From a virus (Duplodnaviria > Caudoviricetes), in IMG/VR virus record IMGVR_UViG_3300030372_002303, positions 1 to 26,563 of that record: a stretch of DNA of 26,563 nucleotides. The stretch is one strand, 5' to 3'. Below the pieces are notes generated by a model. That model made no database searches, was not told the DNA's origin, and was given only the letters and a program-made list of their open reading frames with translations. Shown here piece by piece: positions 8,707 to 15,023 of this stretch; position 1 is the stretch's first letter; every line of letters starts with the position of its first letter. Made by a program: the position numbers and the translations under genes.

Positions 8707-8962
8707 CGAAGATGCTCAAGTACATATCTCCGTTGCTTTCTTAATTAAAGCCATGTTAGCGGTAGGTGTAGTTACAGGATCTTGGTATCAAGCTCAAATG
8801 AAGTTTCAAGAAATATCTATAAGGCTTAATGATATTGAAGATAGAGTTACAGTATTAGCTACTGATGTTCAAGGAATGAAACAAGAACATCTTAATGAAT
8901 TAGAAGAAGAAGTTAAAGAGCAACGAAGCTTATTACAAAAAATGGGATTGAAGAAACCATAA
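8693..8962 (+). CDS. Single-TM coiled-coil protein (similar to 7759-8112)
   Basis: ISED...ISVAFLIKAMLAVGVVTGSWYQAQ followed by heptads. Confidence 0.72.
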   Translation: MKAISEDAQVHISVAFLIKAMLAVGVVTGSWYQAQMKFQEISIRLNDIEDRVTVLATDVQGMKQEHLNELEEEVKEQRSLLQKMGLKKP

Positions 8963-9234
8963 TGGCAATCACTTATAGAGGACAAAAATTTAGAGGCTAT
9001 AATAAGCCAAAGAGAACACCAGGACACAAAACAAAGAGTCATGCGGTACTAGCTAAAGTAGGGAAAAAGGTAAAATTAATAAGATTTGGTCAACAAGGCG
9101 TTAAAGGCGCTGGTAGTAATCCAAAGACAGCTAGAGGAAAGGCCAGAAGAAGGTCTTTCTTGGCAAGACACAGGGCGAATATCAGAAGAGGAAAATTCTC
9201 TGCTGCATATTGGTCAGCAAAAGTAAAATGGTAA
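8962..9234 (+). CDS. Highly basic conserved viral protein (DUF5754/DUF6321-like)
   Basis: K/R-rich with no acidic residues. LIRFGQQG...RRRSFLARH...SAAYWS..KW pattern. Confidence 0.6.
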   Translation: MAITYRGQKFRGYNKPKRTPGHKTKSHAVLAKVGKKVKLIRFGQQGVKGAGSNPKTARGKARRRSFLARHRANIRRGKFSAAYWSAKVKW

Positions 9235-9246
9235 AAAGGAGTTCAA

Positions 9247-9471
9247 ATGTCAAAAAAAGAAAAACAAAACGAACCGACTCTTGTTCTTGATGATAAAGAA
9301 TACAAGATCAACGACCTAGGTGATGACGAAAAGCTAATTGTAGCACACATCAATGATCTAAATCGTAAGGTAGATAGCGCACGCTTTAACCTTCAGCAGA
9401 TCGAGGTAGGTCGTCAGGCTTTTGTTAATAGCTTAAAGGCTAAACTGGAAGAACCAGCAGTCGAGGCATAA
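9247..9471 (+). CDS. Small coiled-coil protein (DUF6447-like)
   Basis: AGGAG SD. LVLDDKEYKINDLGDDEK beta-hairpin followed by a long helix ending RQAFVNSLK. Confidence 0.55.
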   Translation: MSKKEKQNEPTLVLDDKEYKINDLGDDEKLIVAHINDLNRKVDSARFNLQQIEVGRQAFVNSLKAKLEEPAVEA

Positions 9472-9488
9472 ATCGTTTTAGGGGGAAT

Positions 9489-9737
9489 ATGGAAAAACTA
9501 CTGATACAAGAGTGGGGTATTGTTGGTTGTCTTTTGGCCTTATTTTTTGGTCAAATCATGTTCCTCCAAAAAACGCTAATGAAAAAATTAAATGAGACAG
9601 ATGAAAAGGTCATAGCGCTCATTAATAGATGGAATCGCTCGGATGAATCTCGTGACAGAAGGCACGAGGATATTATAAAAGAGATCAATGATATTTCAGA
9701 TGATCTTAATTTTTTAAAAGGTAAAAGCGAAAAATGA
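9489..9737 (+). CDS. Holin-like single-TM protein (BhlA/UviB-like architecture)
   Basis: N-terminal QEWGIVGCLLALFFGQIMFL TM plus a charged coiled coil, upstream of the endolysin. Confidence 0.5.
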   Translation: MEKLLIQEWGIVGCLLALFFGQIMFLQKTLMKKLNETDEKVIALINRWNRSDESRDRRHEDIIKEINDISDDLNFLKGKSEK

Positions 9738-9967
9738 AAAGAGCTGAAGTAGATAGTTATCGTGATGAAGTATTAGAGCGTATGACACGCCTAGAAGAGA
9801 AGCATCAAGCACACTTCGAGGTGACAAAAGAGATCAGAGTTGATGTAAAGGCTCAGAATGGTCGAGTACGTTCTTTAGAGAACAAACAACAATGGTTTAC
9901 TGGCATACTGGCAGCAATCACTTTTGTTTTTAGTAGTCTAATCGCATGGATTAAAGGAGCTAGTTAA
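9734..9967 (+). CDS. XhlA-like coiled-coil protein with C-terminal TM (lysis accessory)
   Basis: RMTRLEE...NGRVRSLE coiled coil followed by WFTGILAAITFVFSSLIAWI. Confidence 0.55.
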   Translation: MKRAEVDSYRDEVLERMTRLEEKHQAHFEVTKEIRVDVKAQNGRVRSLENKQQWFTGILAAITFVFSSLIAWIKGAS

Positions 9968-9968
9968 T

Positions 9969-10124
9969 ATGGAAGAATTTGTAAAAGTTTTAGTAGAAAA
10001 TTGGGAATATGCAATAATTGCTATTCTTGCAATCGATAAAGCAGTTGCCCTATCACCCTCTACTTGGGATGATCTTTTATGGACAAGTGTTAAAAAAAGT
10101 ATTTATAAAATAGCAGGAAAATGA
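9969..10124 (+). CDS. 51-aa holin-like protein (not in ORF track)
   Basis: AAGGAG SD. MEEFVKVLVENWEYAIIAILAIDKAVALSPSTWDDLLWTSVKKSIYKIAGK*. Confidence 0.7.
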   Translation: MEEFVKVLVENWEYAIIAILAIDKAVALSPSTWDDLLWTSVKKSIYKIAGK

Positions 10125-10125
10125 T

Positions 10126-10281
10126 ATGTTAAAAAAGTTAGTAAGAAGTCTTGTACGCAAACATGGTATGAAAGGTCTTTTAATAAAGATCGGTGACTGG
10201 GCGGTATCAGCTAGTAAGAATGAAAAAGATGATGAAGCCTGGGAATTAGTCGTAAAGCCTTTTATTGAAGAAAACTTCTAA
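10126..10281 (+). CDS. 51-aa amphipathic protein (not in ORF track)
   Basis: AGGA SD. MLKKLVRSLVRKHGMKGLLIKIGDWAVSASKNEKDDEAWELVVKPFIEENF*. Fills the gap exactly up to the endolysin ATG. Confidence 0.7.
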   Translation: MLKKLVRSLVRKHGMKGLLIKIGDWAVSASKNEKDDEAWELVVKPFIEENF

Positions 10282-10767
10282 ATGGTAAGCATTAAGCAAA
10301 TGCGCTCACTTATTGAACGTACTTGCAACGTAATGGGTGAAAAATATGCCTCTAAAAGTGCGGTAGATATGGTACTGGCCACAGGCATTATTGAATCACG
10401 CTACGAGTATATTACGCAAATGAATGATGGCCCAGCGAAATCTTTCTTTCAAGTAGAACCAGCAACCGCAGTAGATAATCTTGCCCACTATCTAAAGCAT
10501 CGACCAGAATTAATGCAGAAGTGTGCTGAAGCAAGTGTAGTAGATCTAAAGTATTGGCAAACTTATGATGAAAAGCTATGGGCGGATATACTTGAAAAGA
10601 ATATTGCTGCTGGCATAGTGCATTGTCGTATTAAATACTGGAGAATACCTAAACGTATGCCAACAAGTGTAGAGGGAATGTCGCATTATTGGAAAGATTA
10701 TTATAATGCTGGTGGAAAAGGAAATTCAGAAGAATTTGTTGAGCAAGTAACTAAATGGCTACGATAA
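10282..10767 (+). CDS. Endolysin, lysozyme-like/transglycosylase fold
   Basis: Catalytic-type ES in TGIIESRY, then GPAKSFFQVEPAT and YWKDYYN. Follows holin-like genes. Confidence 0.7.
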   Translation: MVSIKQMRSLIERTCNVMGEKYASKSAVDMVLATGIIESRYEYITQMNDGPAKSFFQVEPATAVDNLAHYLKHRPELMQKCAEASVVDLKYWQTYDEKLWADILEKNIAAGIVHCRIKYWRIPKRMPTSVEGMSHYWKDYYNAGGKGNSEEFVEQVTKWLR

Positions 10768-10789
10768 GTAGTCGAAAAGGGTTTAAGTA

Positions 10790-11020
10790 ATGACATTATC
10801 CGAACAGATGCAGGCTATGATGGATGAGATGAGAGCAATAAAATTATTAACAAAAAGTATTGCTAGAGATATGGATAATGATATATCCATCAATGGTGTA
10901 AAGAAGATTGCAAACCTAATGACGATGATCGAGGGTTTACATATTCCAGATATAGTCTGTTCATTTGAAGAGGTTAATAGCATGGAATATTTTGATGACA
11001 CACAAAGTGGAATGGCATAA
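10790..11020 (+). CDS. Hypothetical protein
   Basis: 76-aa ORF with TAATG coupling to the next gene. Confidence 0.6.
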   Translation: MTLSEQMQAMMDEMRAIKLLTKSIARDMDNDISINGVKKIANLMTMIEGLHIPDIVCSFEEVNSMEYFDDTQSGMA

Positions 11021-11997
11021 TGGCAACATATTTAGAAGCATTTTGTAATATTACAACTGACCTAATGGGCGTAGAGCCTAATATCGACAACTATGATCGC
11101 AAGCGTTTAATTCAGAACTTTCAAAGTCACGCATCGAATGTTTATGTGGCTTTTAACAGCGGTTATGTATCGCAAAGTTATATTGATGGTAAAGAGATGA
11201 ATATGCAAACTTCATTGGGAGCTGTAGATTCTTCAGATGATGCGTATTTTGATTCTGCTGCTGATGCTTTATATGTTTATAGTTCTGTAGACCCAGATAA
11301 TTTAGTCTATGAAGCAGCAGAGGACTGGGCCACCATTAAACAGCGAGTGGTCAATGAGCAAGCAGACCGCATTCGCTCTTATATCAATCGACCAATATTT
11401 AAACGTACAAAGGCAGAAGATCAAGGTGCATCTAGTCGTGACTATGATTTTGTACTGATCAATGCCAATGCAGGGTTAGCCTGTGCAGATTTAATGCGAG
11501 CAGTAGACCCAGAACGGTCTAAAGACATCGAAGAGCGCTATATCTCACCTGATGGTGATGGAATGTTAGACTTATTAAAAAGAGGCGATTATGCGCTTTG
11601 GCACGAAGCAACCTATGAGAAGAATGAAGGAATGCTTAGACCGATAAGTTTGAACGCCAATACTACAGGCGGTATCCTGGATACTAAAATGACAGCTTTA
11701 CCTTCTGTAGATTACGATGATGTGCGTGTAAAAATTACTGCTGGGGGTACATTTACTTCTGGTACAGCGAATACATCCGTAAAATATTCAGTATTTGTTA
11801 AGAATGATACTGGACTTGCCATAGATGAGGTTGTGCAATCTGAAGAGATCAATGGCGATTATCAAGGGTTGGCTTACGGAATGTATATAAGATTTGGAGA
11901 GGGTGTCTATACTACTAATGACCAATGGGGTATTATTGTAGTAGGACAACCAGAGGAGTATGGGTCAGTTAAATCAGAGCAAGTAAGTAGGAGATAG
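11020..11997 (+). CDS. Putative head-tail adaptor/neck protein with extra beta domains
   Basis: Starts MATY..FCNITTDL and contains an EQADRIRSYI helix as in gp6/gp15-like adaptors. Position precedes the tail completion genes. Much longer than a minimal adaptor. Confidence 0.45.
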   Translation: MATYLEAFCNITTDLMGVEPNIDNYDRKRLIQNFQSHASNVYVAFNSGYVSQSYIDGKEMNMQTSLGAVDSSDDAYFDSAADALYVYSSVDPDNLVYEAAEDWATIKQRVVNEQADRIRSYINRPIFKRTKAEDQGASSRDYDFVLINANAGLACADLMRAVDPERSKDIEERYISPDGDGMLDLLKRGDYALWHEATYEKNEGMLRPISLNANTTGGILDTKMTALPSVDYDDVRVKITAGGTFTSGTANTSVKYSVFVKNDTGLAIDEVVQSEEINGDYQGLAYGMYIRFGEGVYTTNDQWGIIVVGQPEEYGSVKSEQVSRR

Positions 11998-11999
11998 GA

Positions 12000-12083
12000 A
12001 TGCCAAAAGGTAAAGGTTACGGTTACGCAACCACAAAGAAAAAGAAGAAAAAGAAGAAAGTTCGTGTTATAAAACGTAAGTAA
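12000..12083 (+). CDS. 27-aa polylysine microprotein (not in ORF track)
   Basis: AGGAG SD. MPKGKGYGYATTKKKKKKKKVRVIKRK*. Mixed AAA/AAG codons, fills the intergenic gap. Confidence 0.7.
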   Translation: MPKGKGYGYATTKKKKKKKKVRVIKRK

Positions 12084-12089
12084 TGTTTT

Positions 12090-12533
12090 ATGGCAACACA
12101 GTACACTTCAGTCCTTCGAGCCAATGTTATTGAACCACTAGAGTCCTTAATTAAGGGCGAGTTCAATAAACTTCCAGTATATTACGATAAAGATTTTCAA
12201 AACAGAGGAAACTTCTTCCTAAGATTTATCCCTGTGCAAGATCAATTAGACCAACCCACCACCGAAGATCAAATTAGAGTCTATGGTATATTACTGCGAT
12301 TGTATCGAAGGACACCTGGTGTATTTAGCAGACGTAATAATCTTGAGCAATTAATGAACTATGCAGATAGAGTAAAGCGTTTGATCGGTAATAATTCAAA
12401 CTACAGTCCTTCATCAAGCTATAAATGGAATGATGCAGTAATAAGTTTTGTGAATTATGAGCCAGAATTAGAAGATGAAGAGATGGATTATCAAGTAGCA
12501 GACATCATGTTTAATTGTAATGTGCTAGTATGA
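12090..12533 (+). CDS. Tail completion/terminator-like protein 1
   Basis: 147 aa, alpha/beta pattern and position typical of lambda gpU/SPP1 gp17-like proteins. Confidence 0.5.
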   Translation: MATQYTSVLRANVIEPLESLIKGEFNKLPVYYDKDFQNRGNFFLRFIPVQDQLDQPTTEDQIRVYGILLRLYRRTPGVFSRRNNLEQLMNYADRVKRLIGNNSNYSPSSSYKWNDAVISFVNYEPELEDEEMDYQVADIMFNCNVLV

Positions 12534-13117
12534 TCACTTATAATAAAACTTATAATGAAAATGTATTAGATAACTTGAGGTTATTGGTAGCTCAAGAATT
12601 TAGAAATGTACCTATTCGTTATGATAAGGTCTATCGTGGTAACTCATTTTTCCAACTTACACCTCAAAGAGATGAAATTGTAGAATTGCGCTCAGATGGA
12701 GCGATTAGAGAATACTCGATACTTTTAACCTATAATGAAAAAGAACGTGGTAGGTACACCAAAAAACGCAGTTTAGATACACGCATTGACACTATAGAGC
12801 GACTGAAAGAAGTATTGAGAACAAATGTGGCAAGTATTGATGAGTTTTCTAATTTTATCACTTCTGCTGGTAGGAATTTCATTACGAGTGATGGTGATGA
12901 ATTAAGATTGATCAGAAGACCAATATTAATTACAAGCTTAGATCGGTTTGTTATTGATGCAAATGGACTAGCGTTTACAGTGTTTCCAGCAGCCAATTCT
13001 TACAGTTGGCACAACGCAAGATTGGATTCTGTAAACTATGATTTAGAAAGTGAACACCCTTCTTATTTAACTGCGACTTTAGAGTTTAAATGTTTAGTGG
13101 AAGAGGTCTATGCGTAA
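12530..13117 (+). CDS. Tail completion/terminator-like protein 2 (paralog of 12090-12533 with an insertion)
   Basis: Colinear shared motifs: NV, EF, P..YDK, RGN.F, IR.Y.ILL, SY.W..A, VNY, F.C.V. Confidence 0.55.
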   Translation: MITYNKTYNENVLDNLRLLVAQEFRNVPIRYDKVYRGNSFFQLTPQRDEIVELRSDGAIREYSILLTYNEKERGRYTKKRSLDTRIDTIERLKEVLRTNVASIDEFSNFITSAGRNFITSDGDELRLIRRPILITSLDRFVIDANGLAFTVFPAANSYSWHNARLDSVNYDLESEHPSYLTATLEFKCLVEEVYA

Positions 13118-13132
13118 ACGATTAAGGTATTA

Positions 13133-13309
13133 ATGATGGCAAAATATAAAGCAATAAAACCAATAGATCAGTTTGGAAGCTATAAAGGTTTAAAAACCGA
13201 GGATTGGAACGCACTTAATAATGGTAAATCTGTAGAACTTGATGAAGTCCCAGAAGCAGCCAAAGATTTTTTAGAAAAAGCAACATATAGTAAGAAGGAG
13301 TCTAAGTAA
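13133..13309 (+). CDS. 58-aa hypothetical protein (not in ORF track)
   Basis: MMAKYKAIKPIDQFGSYKGLKTEDWNALNNGKSVELDEVPEAAKDFLEKATYSKKESK*. AAGG SD, TAATG coupling to the tail tube gene. Confidence 0.7.
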   Translation: MMAKYKAIKPIDQFGSYKGLKTEDWNALNNGKSVELDEVPEAAKDFLEKATYSKKESK

Positions 13310-14340
13310 TGGCTTTAGACGGACAAGCATTTAGCCCAAAACAATTTCAATTAGCAATACAGGGTGAGGCTGTAATAGGTACAGCAGATATAGATGGCCC
13401 AATGAATCTAGTTAATATAGATAGTATTGAAATGCCTAATCTTAACCTAACGCAAGTGTTTGATGTGCGGAGTGGATCAAGTGGTAGGGTTGCAGATGCG
13501 GACGATGTGCTTATAGATGAAAAAGGTGTTGTAAAGGAAATTACTTTTTCTGGAGTATTTGATCAAACAGTTGCTCCAATATTACTTGGTAACGTATTAG
13601 GTGGTGCGACTGTAGCTAGCGATTTAATAACTGTACCTTATAATTACACACCAGATGAATTGCAAACTGGCGCAAGTGGAGACGCTACTAAAACATTAAC
13701 ATTCGCTGTAGTAAACCCAAAAACAAATGATGGGTCAAGCGATGAAAATAGATCTATGATTTTTCCAGGCTGTACGATTACTAGCCTCTCCATTACTGGT
13801 GATATGTCAAATGAGTCTGGCAGATTAAAATTTACAGCAACAGCTAGGACTGGATATATATCTAATTTTGATGAAGCAGATCCAAGTGTAGCTAATGCTT
13901 TTACAGCTTACGGATCAAGCTACTATTCACTTGCTACAATGAGCGCAGGCGTAAAAAGAACTATAGCTGGCGCTGAAAATTCTGTTATACAAAGTTTTAG
14001 TTTGAATATAGAAAATCCAGCAGAATTTGTAGGACAAAGCACAAATGGTAACCCAGATGCTATTGTCAGAGCTGTTCCAGAACTTTCAGTAACCTTAGAT
14101 GCAACCGTTAAATATGATAGCAATACAGCAGATTATTTTGAAGCACATAAGGCTAATTCTCATTTAGTATCAAATGTAGCAGATAACGCTACGATAGCTA
14201 ATGCTAGTAGTTTTGGCTTTATTGGAAGTTATGGAAGAATAACAAGTGTTGCTTATAACGAAGCAAACGCTATGATGCTTGATGTATCGACTAAGTTCTT
14301 TGCATCATCAACTAATCCTCTTATTGCTATTACAACTTAA
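13309..14340 (+). CDS. Major tail tube protein
   Basis: AAGGAG SD. Beta-rich, with FPGCTITSLSITG and IQSFSLNIENP. Directly precedes chaperones and tape measure. No sheath gene is seen. Confidence 0.72.
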   Translation: MALDGQAFSPKQFQLAIQGEAVIGTADIDGPMNLVNIDSIEMPNLNLTQVFDVRSGSSGRVADADDVLIDEKGVVKEITFSGVFDQTVAPILLGNVLGGATVASDLITVPYNYTPDELQTGASGDATKTLTFAVVNPKTNDGSSDENRSMIFPGCTITSLSITGDMSNESGRLKFTATARTGYISNFDEADPSVANAFTAYGSSYYSLATMSAGVKRTIAGAENSVIQSFSLNIENPAEFVGQSTNGNPDAIVRAVPELSVTLDATVKYDSNTADYFEAHKANSHLVSNVADNATIANASSFGFIGSYGRITSVAYNEANAMMLDVSTKFFASSTNPLIAITT

Positions 14341-14349
14341 TAAAGAATT

Positions 14350-14625
14350 ATGATAAAAACCCCACATGGTGAATTTGAAATTCGCCCTATCACCTTTGGT
14401 GAACGTAGAGAATTACATCGATTGGAAATGAAAGTGTTTTGGGATGATGAAATAGAACGAGATGCTTACTTTGATCTTCTAAACTGGTGTATGACTAAAG
14501 CCTTCCAAGATCCAGAAGAAACCCTAAAAGACCTAGACGATGCACAGATAGATGAAGTGCTTAATGAAGTCTATTTAGAATATAAAGGTCTTACTAAAAA
14601 AAAGACCAAATCAAAGTCAGGGTAG
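14350..14625 (+). CDS. Tail assembly chaperone (lambda gpG-like)
   Basis: Acidic 91-aa protein between tail tube and tape measure, with a slippery A AAA AAG near its 3' end. Confidence 0.75.
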   Translation: MIKTPHGEFEIRPITFGERRELHRLEMKVFWDDEIERDAYFDLLNWCMTKAFQDPEETLKDLDDAQIDEVLNEVYLEYKGLTKKKTKSKSG

Positions 14626-15023
14626 CTACCTGGTGTAACTTCTTCGGCTGGGGAAACAGTCTTTACCCAGTCAAATTCGAGTCTTACGAAGCACAAAGTC
14701 CAACTTTATCTAAAGTAATTACCTTTACTGAAGATGAGATATGGGATGAGTGTCAGCGTATTATTGAAGAAGATAAACACAATAAATTCTCTTTAGGTCA
14801 AAACTTATATTATAATCTCAATTTCTTTTGTAACCCTAAGTTCTTTATGGATAGGGAGATAGAAGGATATATAGACGATTACTTTGTATCCACTAAATTT
14901 AATTTACCTCTCGCAAAAACCTTACATGAAGCCGATGCTAAGACCATTGACATCTTTCGTCTTATTAGTGAGGAGATTAGTGCTTGCGAGAAACGATCAA
15001 GGGAAATGAATAATGGCAAATAA
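14604..15023 (+). CDS. -1 frameshift extension of the tail assembly chaperone (gpGT-like, ~224-aa fusion)
   Basis: The -1 frame is open for 139 codons (DQIKVRVATWCNFFGW...REMNNGK*), is bounded upstream by TAA at 14595-14597, and has no ATG for its first ~80 codons. Confidence 0.8.
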   Translation, partial: DQIKVRVATWCNFFGWGNSLYPVKFESYEAQSPTLSKVITFTEDEIWDECQRIIEEDKHNKFSLGQNLYYNLNFFCNPKFFMDREIEGYIDDYFVSTKFNLPLAKTLHEADAKTIDIFRLISEEISACEKRSREMNNGK

